A program made the position numbers and the translations under genes. Positions 47,237 to 57,225 of a DNA stretch of 64,000 bases are shown here, in pieces (position 1 is the first letter of the stretch; each line of letters starts with the position of its first letter). The stretch is from an uncultured Bifidobacterium sp. GTDB taxonomy: Bacteria; Bacteroidota; Bacteroidia; UKL13-3. The notes below the pieces were generated by a model. That model was not told the origin of the DNA. It searched no databases and worked only from the letters and a program-made list of their open reading frames with translations. Where the stretch lies: the NCBI GenBank assembly GCA_964442045.1, contig CAYTWI010000006.1:1971-65970 (forward strand), given 5' to 3'.

Positions 47237-48190
47237 ATGAAAAAGACAATCAAAACATTATTCATAGCAGCTTTTGCTACAACATTAATAGTATCATCAT
47301 GCAAAAAAGATGATGCAACAACAACAGAAACAGGCACGGGTCCAACCATTAGTTTAACAGATAACTTAGGTAAAGGCACATTAGATACAACTAATTTTTT
47401 CTCTATACCAGTTTTAAAAATAAATGTAGCTCCGGCATCTGGAACTAGTCTTGATTCGTCAAAGTTTGAAATCAAGATAGGCTCTACAGTTATAGGTAAT
47501 CCAACTTTCGATAGAGTAGATTCATCGCAAAGAGGTGGTTTTATTGATTCGATGGATGCTTCGGCTATCGTTTCTGGTTTACCATTACCAATCAATTCAA
47601 CCGTTACCTTAACAGCAACATTTAAAGATACTAAAGGTAAAACAGCTTCTGCTAGTATTACTTATACTATTGTTCACGATAACAATGTAATGGTATCAAA
47701 CGAAATAGAGTTAGGAGCACAAAGCAATACCAATATTGAATATAAGTTTTTAGGATTAGCGAATAATTTCAGAGCATATACTCCAGGATTAACAACAGGA
47801 ACAGCACGTTTTAATTCAGACAAAATAGATTTTGTTTATTACTTCGGTGATAATGATAAAAATGCTTTTGCTGCGCCATCCAATACGAATGGAGCTAAAG
47901 TGCTTTGGAATAATGAAATTTCTACATGGTCAAGACAAAATCAAACTAAATTTAAGACAACTACTTTAACTGCGGCTGATTTTGATAATATTAAAAACGG
48001 AACCAAAGTAGAAGACGCGTTTATAAATACCGATTTTACAACAGGTGCAACTGATAAAGTAACAAATTTATCTGTAGGTGCTGTTTATGCATTTAAAACA
48101 GCTTTAGGCGTAGTTGGGTTGGTTAAGTTTACAGCGATTTCTGCTGATGCAACAGGCTCAACCAAAGTGGTAGTTATTTGCCAAAACTAA
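47237..48190 (+). CDS. Lipoprotein of unknown function (317 aa)
   Basis: It has a lipobox (LIVSSC). The mature part is Thr/Ser/Asn-rich and beta-like. I recognise no motif. Confidence 0.6.
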   Translation: MKKTIKTLFIAAFATTLIVSSCKKDDATTTETGTGPTISLTDNLGKGTLDTTNFFSIPVLKINVAPASGTSLDSSKFEIKIGSTVIGNPTFDRVDSSQRGGFIDSMDASAIVSGLPLPINSTVTLTATFKDTKGKTASASITYTIVHDNNVMVSNEIELGAQSNTNIEYKFLGLANNFRAYTPGLTTGTARFNSDKIDFVYYFGDNDKNAFAAPSNTNGAKVLWNNEISTWSRQNQTKFKTTTLTAADFDNIKNGTKVEDAFINTDFTTGATDKVTNLSVGAVYAFKTALGVVGLVKFTAISADATGSTKVVVICQN

Positions 48191-48210
48191 AACCAAGGGT
48201 TTAAAATATA

Positions 48211-48250
48211 AAAGGGCCGTTTCTTAGCAATAAGAAACGGCCCTTTGTTT
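48211..48250 (+). terminator. Strong rho-independent terminator
   Basis: The perfect 16-bp stem is AAAGGGCCGTTTCTTA-GCAA-TAAGAAACGGCCCTTT, followed by GTTTT. Confidence 0.85.
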
Positions 48251-48347
48251 TAATTGTGCATAATATTATAAAATAAAAAAAGCTCGTTTTATTTTTACTA
48301 TGTTTATTTTGCGAAGCAATTTTTAGAAAACAATACCATACATTTAT

Positions 48348-49304
48348 ATGAAAACGTTTGACGTTCAAAACATAAAAGATACCAGAAGCGGCTTTGGCGA
48401 AGGCTTGCATGAGTTAGGAAAAAACAATGAAAGCGTTGTTGCGCTTTGTGCAGACTTAATAGGCTCATTAAAAATGGATGCTTTTATAAAAGATTTTCCA
48501 AATCGTTTTTTCCAAATAGGTATTGCAGAAGCCAATATGATGGGCGTAGCAGCCGGTTTAACCATTGGTGGTAAAATACCCTTTACAGGTACTTTTGCTA
48601 ATTTTTCTACAGGCAGGGTTTATGACCAGATTCGCCAGTCAATTGCATACTCCAATAAAAACGTAAAAATTTGTGCATCGCATGCGGGTTTAACCTTGGG
48701 TGAAGATGGTGCCACACACCAGATTTTAGAAGATATAGGCTTGATGAAAATGTTGCCCAATATGGTTGTTATTAATCCGTGCGATTATAACCAAACCAAA
48801 GCCGCAACTATGGCTATAGCAGATTATGTTGGCCCTGTATATTTACGATTTGGGCGTCCTGCTGTACCTAATTTTACTCCGGAAAACCAAAAGTTTGAAA
48901 TAGGTAAAGCCCTAACTTTAAACGAAGGAAGCGATGTAAGTATTTTTGCAACAGGTCACATGGTTTGGAAAGCTATAGAAGCAGGCCATATACTGGCAGC
49001 AAAAGGAATCAATGCAGAGATTATAAATATACACACCATTAAACCGCTTGATAACGCAGCAGTATTAGCCAGCGCTAAAAAAACAGGTTGTGTGGTAACA
49101 GCTGAAGAGCACCAGATGAACGGTGGTTTGGGCGATAGCATTTGTCAGTTGCTTGCACTAAATATGCCGCTACCTGTTGAAATGGTTGCCGTTAATGATA
49201 GTTTTGGTGAAAGCGGTACACCAGATGAACTAATGATAAAATACGGTTTAACGGCCGAAAAAATTGTAGAGAAGGCATTAAAAGCCATTGCCCGAAAAGC
49301 ATAA
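48348..49304 (+). CDS. Transketolase, C-terminal (pyrimidine-binding) subunit
   Basis: '[17 protein letters not shown]', '[11 protein letters not shown]' and 'RFGR' are typical. The length is 318 aa. Confidence 0.9.
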   Translation: MKTFDVQNIKDTRSGFGEGLHELGKNNESVVALCADLIGSLKMDAFIKDFPNRFFQIGIAEANMMGVAAGLTIGGKIPFTGTFANFSTGRVYDQIRQSIAYSNKNVKICASHAGLTLGEDGATHQILEDIGLMKMLPNMVVINPCDYNQTKAATMAIADYVGPVYLRFGRPAVPNFTPENQKFEIGKALTLNEGSDVSIFATGHMVWKAIEAGHILAAKGINAEIINIHTIKPLDNAAVLASAKKTGCVVTAEEHQMNGGLGDSICQLLALNMPLPVEMVAVNDSFGESGTPDELMIKYGLTAEKIVEKALKAIARKA

Positions 49305-49314
49305 CAAAATATAT

Positions 49315-49341
49315 AAAACGCGCCAATCAGCGCGTTTTTTT
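49315..49341 (+). terminator. Rho-independent terminator
   Basis: The sequence is AAAACGCGC-CAATCA-GCGCGTTTT followed by TTT. Confidence 0.8.
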
Positions 49342-49408
49342 ATTAAAAAAGGAATCGTATTTCAATATATCAATAGTTTTTATACATTGCGAATACAATT
49401 AATTTACC

Positions 49409-50551
49409 ATGAAAATTTCGCAACAAAAATTTATCAATGAATCATGGATTCAAGTAAATAAAGATAGTGATTTTGATAATATAAAATGCCAGTTAGTATT
49501 GGCTTTTGGATTACGCGAACTGATTGCCAAAGCGGATGTATTTAATAAGCTTAAATCAGACTATCCCAATGCAAATATTATATTATCATCAACCGCAGGC
49601 GAAATTATAGCTAATGAGGTGTTGGATAATTCCATTGTAGTTTCAGCCTTACAGTTTGACAAAAACTCCGTTAAGTGTATAAAAACAAATATAGACGAGC
49701 ACGAAAACAGTTTTGAAGCAGGTGCTTTTTTATTCAGGGCTTTACCCCAAAAAGAGCTACAGTCAGTACTCATTTTTTCTGATGGAATGGTTATTAACGG
49801 AAGTGAGTTGGTTGATGGCCTTAATAATGAAAACCACAATAATATAGCCATTACTGGTGGTTTGGCTGGCGATGGGGCTAATTTTCAAAACACAGTTACT
49901 GGTTTAAATGATGTTCCTAAAGCAGGCGAGATTATAGCTGTGGGCTTTTATGGTACCGGTTTAAAAATTGGGCATGGCTCAATAGGTGGATGGAATGAGT
50001 TTGGAAACGAAAAAATAATTACCAAATCAGATAAAAATGTATTGTACGAAATAGACGGGAAGAACGCTTTAGATCTTTATAAAGAATATTTGGGTGAGTA
50101 CAGCAAAGAACTTCCCGGTTCCGCCTTATTATTTCCTATGTCGTTAAAACTAAAAGACAGCGACAAAACTTTGGTAAGAACAATTTTGAGTATTAACAAC
50201 AACGATAAGAGTATGACCTTTGCGGGCAATATTCCTGAAGGGAGTAAAGTGAGGCTAATGAAGGCAAACTTTGACAAGTTGATAGATGGCTCTGCAGAGG
50301 CCGCTAAAAACACATTTAATACGCTGGATGAAATACAACCCGAATTTGCTTTATTAATAAGCTGTGTGGGCAGGAAACTGGTTTTACAAGACCGTACAGA
50401 AGAAGAGGTAGAAGCATCAAACAGTATTTTTGGTGATAAAACCCGTGTTACGGGCTTTTACTCGTATGGAGAAATTTGTCCTTTTACCCGTTTTTCTAAA
50501 TGCGAGCTGCATAACCAAACCATGACCATCACTACTTTTTCTGAAAATTAA
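49409..50551 (+). CDS. FIST (N and C) domain sensor protein
   Basis: 'VLIFSDGMVINGSELVDGL...IAITGGLAGDG' is FIST_N. 'FALLISCVGR...GFYSYGEI' is FIST_C. Confidence 0.8.
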   Translation: MKISQQKFINESWIQVNKDSDFDNIKCQLVLAFGLRELIAKADVFNKLKSDYPNANIILSSTAGEIIANEVLDNSIVVSALQFDKNSVKCIKTNIDEHENSFEAGAFLFRALPQKELQSVLIFSDGMVINGSELVDGLNNENHNNIAITGGLAGDGANFQNTVTGLNDVPKAGEIIAVGFYGTGLKIGHGSIGGWNEFGNEKIITKSDKNVLYEIDGKNALDLYKEYLGEYSKELPGSALLFPMSLKLKDSDKTLVRTILSINNNDKSMTFAGNIPEGSKVRLMKANFDKLIDGSAEAAKNTFNTLDEIQPEFALLISCVGRKLVLQDRTEEEVEASNSIFGDKTRVTGFYSYGEICPFTRFSKCELHNQTMTITTFSEN

Positions 50552-50554
50552 TTT

Positions 50555-52858
50555 ATGTATCACAAGGCTTTAGAAAAACAGATCGGTAAATTTCTAACAT
50601 CAGCGCATTTAGGTGATCAAAATGTTATTGCTTTTTTAGATGCAGTAAGCAAATATTATAACACTTTTGAACGCGATAAAAAGCTTTCAGAGCATGCGTT
50701 TGAAGTAAGTGAAAGAGAATATCAGAAAGCTGTTTTAGACCTCAAAAAGCAAGATGATATAAACAAGCAATCCATTTTAAAAATTAAACAATTAATACGC
50801 TCACTTGATTCAGGCAATAACAACCTTGAGGAAAGTGTAGACGAAGGCGATATTATATTAATTTTAGGGTTTTTAGAGAAACAGGTAGAGCGGAGTAAAA
50901 TCTTGGAAGAGGCTTTGATTAAAGCCAAGGAATTGGCAGAAAACTCGGCCGAAGCCAAGAGTAATTTCTTATCAACCATGAGCCATGAAATCAGGACACC
51001 TTTAAACGGGGTTATTGGTTTTACTGACTTACTGATGAAGACCAAGCTGGACAGTACCCAACACCAATATATGTCGGCTGTTTTTCAATCAGCCAATTCC
51101 TTATTGGATATAGTCAATGATATCCTTGATTTTTCTAAAATAGATGCAGGGAAACTTGAGCTGGAGTCAGAGAAAATAGATTTATTGGAAGTAGGAAACC
51201 AGGTAGCAGATATTATTTCATATCAGGCACACCAAAAGAAATTAGAGGTTTTGTTAAACATATCGCCTGATGTTCCCCGATTTGTTTGGGCAGATGCAGT
51301 AAGGCTACGCCAGATTTTAGTGAACCTGTTGAGCAATGCAGTTAAATTTACAGAAGTAGGTGAAATAGAGTTAAAGGTAAGTGTGTTGTCAAAAGAGGTA
51401 GACGGTGATACTACTTTATGTTTTTCAGTACGCGATACCGGTATTGGAATTTTAGAGAAAAATAAACAAAAAATATTCGAAGCATTTGCTCAGGAAGATG
51501 CTTCAACAACACGTAAATATGGTGGTACCGGTTTAGGCTTAGCCATATCCAATAAATTACTGGCTTTAATGAACAGTAAGCTTTTACTGAGAAGTGAAAT
51601 AGGAAAAGGAAGCACTTTTTATTTTGACGTAACTTTTAAAGCCCTGGAAGGTAGTGAGCCGAACCCACAAAACTTTGACCACATAAAACAAGTTTTAATA
51701 GTAGACGACAATGCCAATAACCGTTTAATATTAAAAGATATGCTGGCATTGAAAAAAATAAATGCAGACCTAGCGGAAGATGGGGTAAAAGCCATAGAAA
51801 TGATAAATACAGACAAATTGTATGATGTTATTTTAATGGATTACAATATGCCTGAAATGAACGGTATTGAAACCATCAGGCAGATTCGCAACAACACCAG
51901 CATTAATATAAACAAACAGCCAATAATATTGCTTTACAGCTCATCTGATGATGAATTAATAAACGAAGCTTGTAAGGAGTTGGAAGTACAGCAACGATTG
52001 GTTAAACCTATAAAAATGCAGCAGCTGTTTAATTCATTGGCAAAGCTAAATGCCAATAATTTAGTAGTGGAAGAGGTAAAAGAAATAGAAAGCGGGCAGG
52101 TTATTAATGCAAGCCAGAACTTAAAGATACTTATTGCAGATGATAATTCTGTAAATATGTTTTTGGCTAAAATAATTGTGAGTGGTGTTTTACCTAATGC
52201 TACCATCTATGAAGCTATAAACGGAAAAGAAGCCATTGATATTTTTGAGCGTGAAAAACCACATTTAATATTGATGGATGTGCAAATGCCGGAAGTAAAC
52301 GGTTACGAAGCCGCAACAGCTATCAGAGGGCTTGAAAAAACAGGACGCATTCCTATTATTGCTTTAACGGCCGGAACTGTTAAGGGGGAAAAAGACAGGT
52401 GCCTGCAAGCAGGAATGGACGACTATATTAGCAAGCCCGTAGTAAAAGCAAATATTGAAACCGTTATTGAAAAATGGCTTAAAGTGGCTGACAGTCTTTC
52501 AAAAAATGAAGTCGATAATACAAGCAATGAGGTAATAACCACCCATTTTAACAGGCAGGATTTATTAAAAAACTTAGGTGGGGATGCACAAATAGCAAGC
52601 AGTTTTATTGAGGTAATAAAAGGCAGTTTTGATGAAATACTGCTAGACTTAAAGGACGGTTTAGCACAAAACAATTTAGAAAAAATAACAGCAACAGCCC
52701 ATAAATTAAAAGGAGTGGCATTGTCAGGTTGTTTGCCTAAACTGGTGCAACATGCGGCTACATTAGAGTATCAAAACAATTTTGATAACTATATAATTTC
52801 CAATTTAATTGAGCATATTGAAAAGGAAGTAAATTACATAAAACAAATTATTGCCTAG
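50555..52858 (+). CDS. Hybrid sensor histidine kinase (HisKA-HATPase-REC-REC-HPt), no TM segments
   Basis: The H-box is 'MSHEIRTPLNG', the N-box is 'LLSNAVKFT', and the G-boxes are 'DTGIGI' and 'GGTGLGLAIS'. The two receiver domains are marked by 'ILMDYNMPEMNG' and 'ILMDVQMPEVNG'. HPt is marked by 'TAHKLKGVALSG'. Confidence 0.9.
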   Translation: MYHKALEKQIGKFLTSAHLGDQNVIAFLDAVSKYYNTFERDKKLSEHAFEVSEREYQKAVLDLKKQDDINKQSILKIKQLIRSLDSGNNNLEESVDEGDIILILGFLEKQVERSKILEEALIKAKELAENSAEAKSNFLSTMSHEIRTPLNGVIGFTDLLMKTKLDSTQHQYMSAVFQSANSLLDIVNDILDFSKIDAGKLELESEKIDLLEVGNQVADIISYQAHQKKLEVLLNISPDVPRFVWADAVRLRQILVNLLSNAVKFTEVGEIELKVSVLSKEVDGDTTLCFSVRDTGIGILEKNKQKIFEAFAQEDASTTRKYGGTGLGLAISNKLLALMNSKLLLRSEIGKGSTFYFDVTFKALEGSEPNPQNFDHIKQVLIVDDNANNRLILKDMLALKKINADLAEDGVKAIEMINTDKLYDVILMDYNMPEMNGIETIRQIRNNTSININKQPIILLYSSSDDELINEACKELEVQQRLVKPIKMQQLFNSLAKLNANNLVVEEVKEIESGQVINASQNLKILIADDNSVNMFLAKIIVSGVLPNATIYEAINGKEAIDIFEREKPHLILMDVQMPEVNGYEAATAIRGLEKTGRIPIIALTAGTVKGEKDRCLQAGMDDYISKPVVKANIETVIEKWLKVADSLSKNEVDNTSNEVITTHFNRQDLLKNLGGDAQIASSFIEVIKGSFDEILLDLKDGLAQNNLEKITATAHKLKGVALSGCLPKLVQHAATLEYQNNFDNYIISNLIEHIEKEVNYIKQIIA

Positions 52859-53670
52859 CCCGGAAATAAAATATTGGTTAAGTTTACAAAGTCATCTACA
52901 CTTAATTCTTCAGCCCTTTTATCAGCGTAATCAGCTATTTGTTCCTTGTCTTTTACCATGGTTTGAATAGCATTGCTTAGTTTTTTTCTACGTTGGTTAA
53001 AGGCAAGTTTAACCACTTGTTTAAATGCTTTTTCATCGCAGTTTAGCTGTGTTTCTTTCCGGGTTAACCTTACCACGCCCGATTTAACTTTTGGTGGTGG
53101 AATAAACACATGTTCATCAACCGTAAATAAGTACTCTACATTAAAATAAGCTTGTGTAAGCACACTTAAAATGCCATAACTTTTAGTACGTGTTTTAGCT
53201 GATAAACGCTCAGCTACTTCCTTTTGAAACATACCAACCATTAGAGGTATAATAGTTTTGTTGTCAATTAAAGTAAAAACAATTTGCGATGAAATATTGT
53301 ATGGAAAATTGCCTATTAAGCTAAAGTCGGCAGGGAATGTTTTGGCAAAATGGAGTTTTAAAAAGTCAGCTTCCAGCAGCCTGTTTTCCAGGCCCGGGTA
53401 ATTATCTTTTAAATATAAAACAGACTCTTTATCTAAATCAATGGCCCACGTTTTAAACTTAGTTTGTTGCAAAAGGTACTTGGTAAGTACACCCATTCCG
53501 GGCCCAACCTCCAACACATCAGGTGTGGTACAAAATTGGGTAAAGGCATCAACAATGTTAAAGGCAATGTTTTCATCATTTAAAAAGTGTTGTCCTAAAT
53601 GTTTTTTGGCTTTAACGTCCGTTTGGTTATTTTCTTTTGTATAAAACTTTTTCATTTTTGAGTTGGGCAA
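52855..53670 (-). CDS. rsmA: 16S rRNA (adenine1518-N6/adenine1519-N6)-dimethyltransferase
   Basis: 'LGQHFL' and 'VLEVGPGMGVLT' are typical, along with the C-terminal helical domain. Its stop shares the palindromic CTAG with the convergent kinase stop. Confidence 0.9.
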   Translation of the reverse strand: MPNSKMKKFYTKENNQTDVKAKKHLGQHFLNDENIAFNIVDAFTQFCTTPDVLEVGPGMGVLTKYLLQQTKFKTWAIDLDKESVLYLKDNYPGLENRLLEADFLKLHFAKTFPADFSLIGNFPYNISSQIVFTLIDNKTIIPLMVGMFQKEVAERLSAKTRTKSYGILSVLTQAYFNVEYLFTVDEHVFIPPPKVKSGVVRLTRKETQLNCDEKAFKQVVKLAFNQRRKKLSNAIQTMVKDKEQIADYADKRAEELSVDDFVNLTNILFPG

Positions 53671-53733
53671 AGCTAAGGCTTATTTGTATTTAAGTGCACG
53701 AATAGTATTTTCGTGATAAAAAAACCAATAATC

Positions 53734-53985
53734 ATGAGAAACTTTTTATTAGCGCTTATTTTAACTGTATTGGGTTACGTACAGGTAAATGCACAAACTG
53801 TATATGTAACAGAAACAGGTAAAAAATACCATGCAAAAAACTGTAATCTGGCAAAAACAGGTAAAAAAGGAATAGAGTTAAAGCAGGCCTTAAAAGAAAA
53901 ATATACCCCTTGTGCCAACTGCAAAGCTTCTGAAATAAAAGAAGAAAAAACAGAAGCCAAAAAGCCGGTTAAAAAGAAAAAATAA
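53734..53985 (+). CDS. Small secreted protein with an H/C-rich motif and a Lys-rich tail
   Basis: A signal peptide (MRNFLLALILTVLGYVQVNAQ) is followed by 'GKKYHAKNCNLAK...YTPCANCKA' and then 'KKPVKKKK'. Confidence 0.5.
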   Translation: MRNFLLALILTVLGYVQVNAQTVYVTETGKKYHAKNCNLAKTGKKGIELKQALKEKYTPCANCKASEIKEEKTEAKKPVKKKK

Positions 53986-54063
53986 GAACCATTACAAACA
54001 AAATAAAATTACGAAAAGCATTTATCCGGCACAAAAAGAACATTTATAGTGTTTCATTGTTAG

Positions 54064-54071
54064 TATATTTG
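54064..54071 (+). promoter_or_regulatory. Bacteroidota-type -7 box (TAnnTTTG) upstream of clpX
   Basis: TATATTTG lies 39 nt upstream of the ATG at 54111. Confidence 0.35.
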
Positions 54072-54110
54072 CAGGCTAAATTTTATTTAAAGCAGCTGTA
54101 AAAAAAATTC

Positions 54111-55346
54111 ATGGCAAAGAAAAACGAAGACAAATGCTCTTTTTGTGGGCGAGGAAGAAGTGAAGTGCAATATTTAATTGCAGGTTTAGAGGGCTTAATA
54201 TGCGAAGATTGTACTAAACAGGCCTACAGAATAATAAATGAGGATGAAGATGTTAAAACGTCAACACCCATCAACAAATTAAACCTACTTAAACCGGCCC
54301 AAATAAAAGCCCATCTTGATGAATATGTAATAGGTCAGGATGATGCTAAAAAAGTACTGAGTGTGGCTGTTTACAACCATTTTAAACGCCTGTTACTAAA
54401 AAGCAAAAAGAACAGCGAAATTGAAATTGAAAAAAGCAATGTAATGCTGGTAGGCGAAACCGGAACGGGAAAAACACTATTGGCAAAAACACTGGCTAAA
54501 GTTTTAGATGTTCCGTTTTGTATTGCCGATGCTACTGTAATTACCGAAGCCGGCTATGTGGGTGAGGATGTAGAAAGCATTTTAAGCAGGTTATTACAGG
54601 CTGCCGATTACAATGTAGAAGCAGCCGAAAGAGGAATTGTATATATTGACGAAATAGATAAAATTAGTCGTAAAAGCGATAATCCAAGCATTACACGCGA
54701 TGTAAGTGGAGAAGGAGTACAACAAGCCCTGTTAAAAATTTTAGAAGGCACAACAGCCAATGTACCACCTCAGGGAGGCCGCAAGCACCCCGATCAGAAA
54801 ATGATTCAGATAAATACGGCTAACATTTTATTTATTTGTGGTGGCGCATTTGACGGTATTGACAGGCATATTGCCCGCAGGTTACAAACGCAGGCAATCG
54901 GCTTTAAGAACGAAGAAGACTTAAGCAAAGTAAACAGTACTAATTTATTGCAATACATTAGTCCGGCCGATTTACGCAGCTTTGGTTTAATACCTGAAAT
55001 TATTGGCCGTTTACCAGTATTATGCCATTTAAATCCATTGGATAAAGAAGCATTACGCAATATATTGACCGAACCTAAAAACGCGCTGGCTAAACAATAC
55101 AAGTACCTTTTCGATTTAGAGAAAATAGATTTGACTTTTACCGATGACGTAATAGATTTAATTGTGGATACCGCTTTTGATTTTAAACTGGGTGCACGTG
55201 GTTTGAGAAGCATTTGCGAAGCCATAATGCTTGATTTGATGTACGAAGCACCAGATATGGTTACTAAAGGAAAAATAGAAATAAGCCTGGCTTACGCCAA
55301 ACAAAAAATAGAAGCCTTGAAATACAAAACATTTCAGGCCGCTTAA
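54111..55346 (+). CDS. clpX: ATP-dependent Clp protease ATP-binding subunit ClpX
   Basis: It has the zinc ribbon 'CSFCGR...CEDC', Walker A '[11 protein letters not shown]', Walker B 'IVYIDEIDK' and the pore loop 'GYVG'. Confidence 0.95.
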   Translation: MAKKNEDKCSFCGRGRSEVQYLIAGLEGLICEDCTKQAYRIINEDEDVKTSTPINKLNLLKPAQIKAHLDEYVIGQDDAKKVLSVAVYNHFKRLLLKSKKNSEIEIEKSNVMLVGETGTGKTLLAKTLAKVLDVPFCIADATVITEAGYVGEDVESILSRLLQAADYNVEAAERGIVYIDEIDKISRKSDNPSITRDVSGEGVQQALLKILEGTTANVPPQGGRKHPDQKMIQINTANILFICGGAFDGIDRHIARRLQTQAIGFKNEEDLSKVNSTNLLQYISPADLRSFGLIPEIIGRLPVLCHLNPLDKEALRNILTEPKNALAKQYKYLFDLEKIDLTFTDDVIDLIVDTAFDFKLGARGLRSICEAIMLDLMYEAPDMVTKGKIEISLAYAKQKIEALKYKTFQAA

Positions 55347-55377
55347 TTCTCCCGTTGTTGTTTCTTAATATACTACT

Positions 55378-55791
55378 ATGACACGTTTTAGTCCCCCGTA
55401 CCTGAATGCTGAATTTGTATACAAAACAAGCAGGAGCGGAGGTAAAGGGGGCCAAAATGTAAATAAAATTGCCAGCAAAGTCCAGCTGGATTTTGATGTG
55501 GCCAATTCCCTTATATTAACCGCCCAGGATAAAGCAATTATCCTGGAAAAGTTATCAGGAAAAATAAGTGCCGAAGGCTTACTACAGGTTGTTTGCCAAA
55601 CAGAAAGAACCCAATTGGCCAATAAGTTAATTGCGGTCAAAAAAATTTATGCCATACTTAATAAATGCTTTATAGTAAAAAAATTACGCAAGGCAACCAA
55701 GCCTAGTAAAGGCAGCGTAGAAAAGCGTTTAACAAGCAAAAAAACAAAAGCCCAAACTAAGAAATTGCGCTCAAAACCTGTTTTAGATTAA
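55378..55791 (+). CDS. arfB: Alternative ribosome-rescue factor ArfB (peptidyl-tRNA hydrolase, GGQ)
   Basis: It has the GGQ motif 'SGGKGGQNVNK' and a basic C-terminal tail. The length is 137 aa. Confidence 0.8.
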   Translation: MTRFSPPYLNAEFVYKTSRSGGKGGQNVNKIASKVQLDFDVANSLILTAQDKAIILEKLSGKISAEGLLQVVCQTERTQLANKLIAVKKIYAILNKCFIVKKLRKATKPSKGSVEKRLTSKKTKAQTKKLRSKPVLD

Positions 55792-55796
55792 AGCAG

Positions 55797-56318
55797 CTAA
55801 AATGACCATCCTGCAGCTACCAAAGGCCAGATTAACCAACGGTTATTGGTATAAAAAAACGTTTCATTCACATCAGCCGATAAAAAATAAGGTGTATTAG
55901 CAGTAATACCCACACGCGCAAACAAACCCTTAGAACCTTGGTAACGATAGCCGACACCCAGTTGAGTCCTGAAACGGTAATGATTAGGCAAATCTTGCAT
56001 ATAGTAAGTCAAAGTTGTTTGTATACCTGCTGATAAGTCCAATATATGCTTGTGGCCAATTAAGTAATTATACTCAAGTGGCAGGTAAAAAAAATGCCTG
56101 TCATTATTGGTAACCACATCCCAGGTACCGGGCACCCACGAAGCCCCTAGTCGAATGCCATGTTTTTGATGAATTACATACTCAAAATTGATAGAATACA
56201 AATCACTATTACCCAACAATTCCAGGTAAACAATTTTTGTGTTTTTAGCAATATATTGTGCTTTGCTGAACGTTACAGAACAAAGCACACAAGCGAAACC
56301 AACAACCCATTTATGCAT
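55797..56318 (-). CDS. Small outer-membrane beta-barrel protein
   Basis: It has a signal peptide, an alternating aromatic/Gly pattern, and a C-terminal '...AAGWSF'. Confidence 0.5.
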   Translation of the reverse strand: MHKWVVGFACVLCSVTFSKAQYIAKNTKIVYLELLGNSDLYSINFEYVIHQKHGIRLGASWVPGTWDVVTNNDRHFFYLPLEYNYLIGHKHILDLSAGIQTTLTYYMQDLPNHYRFRTQLGVGYRYQGSKGLFARVGITANTPYFLSADVNETFFYTNNRWLIWPLVAAGWSF

Positions 56319-56321
56319 ACC

Positions 56322-57143
56322 TTAATATTTTTTTCTACTTACCTCCGAAGCAGTATAAAAACGCAGGCCGAGCGATTTTGCCTTTAATACAATGGCTTTA
56401 AAATCTTTTAAATAAATATGCGAGTTAGTGGCTTCATAAGGTTTGTCAACTGTAAGGTAGTGACAGTATAAACTAACCGCCTGACGGCTTTCTTTGGCCA
56501 TTTCGAGCGCTTCAGTAATTTCATCCATGGAGTGCTTATGACGTTGGTCAATACTGGTTCCGTAAAACAATGAAATATTTCCATAGCGGTAATATAACTG
56601 GTCCATATCAGCTATATGTTTGTTCATATAAGGGCTAATTATTTTACGGATGCTATTGAAACGTTTCAATAAAAAATTATCCAGTTCAGGCGTTAAATCC
56701 CCAAAAGGGTAAGCATAAGTAGTGGGGTAAAAGCCATCCTTATTCATTAAATAAGTCATCGTATCTACCTCATACTTCAAATAGGCATCTACTCCATACT
56801 TGTTTACATATTCGTCACTATGCGGGTGCGTACTCGTATGATGCGCAATTTCATGCCCGTCAGCAATCATTTCCTGCATTATTTTTTTGGTATCATCGCT
56901 TAGGTCCTGGTAACGCTCTACGTAAAAGGTAAGCTTAACATTATTTTCCTTCATGAAATCTTTTACCTGATACCAGGTGTCAGGCGGCTTATCAACGGTT
57001 AAAATAATACCCGGGCCGAGTAGCTTATTAGAATAATCTTTGCATTGAAAACCATTTATAAAAACAAACAGCAACAACAATACAGGTACAGGTATATATT
57101 GCTTATTACAGAAAGCAGTATTTTTATAAAAGGATAACAACAT
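56322..57143 (-). CDS. Polysaccharide deacetylase (NodB homology) family protein
   Basis: It contains 'LTFYVE' and 'GHEIAHHTSTHPH'. The start codon lies 3 nt before the downstream gene. Confidence 0.7.
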   Translation of the reverse strand: MLLSFYKNTAFCNKQYIPVPVLLLLFVFINGFQCKDYSNKLLGPGIILTVDKPPDTWYQVKDFMKENNVKLTFYVERYQDLSDDTKKIMQEMIADGHEIAHHTSTHPHSDEYVNKYGVDAYLKYEVDTMTYLMNKDGFYPTTYAYPFGDLTPELDNFLLKRFNSIRKIISPYMNKHIADMDQLYYRYGNISLFYGTSIDQRHKHSMDEITEALEMAKESRQAVSLYCHYLTVDKPYEATNSHIYLKDFKAIVLKAKSLGLRFYTASEVSRKKY

Positions 57144-57225
57144 GCATAAGTATATAACGAGTAAACAGTTATATACCTATGCAATATATTATTCCAAAGG
57201 AATTAATGAAGTAATGTGAATAAAA

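Noticed and set aside
47197-47595. A 132-aa minus-strand ORF overlaps the lipoprotein gene.
   Set aside because: The plus-strand frame has a canonical lipobox and continues for 317 aa. The antisense ORF is an artefact.
48201-48410. A 69-aa minus-strand ORF spans the 48211-48246 terminator and the tktC start.
   Set aside because: It reads through a 16-bp perfect hairpin and a promoter region, so it is not plausible as coding.
54806-55640. Minus-strand ORFs of 139, 63 and 91 aa lie opposite clpX and arfB.
   Set aside because: They are antisense to two unambiguous housekeeping genes.
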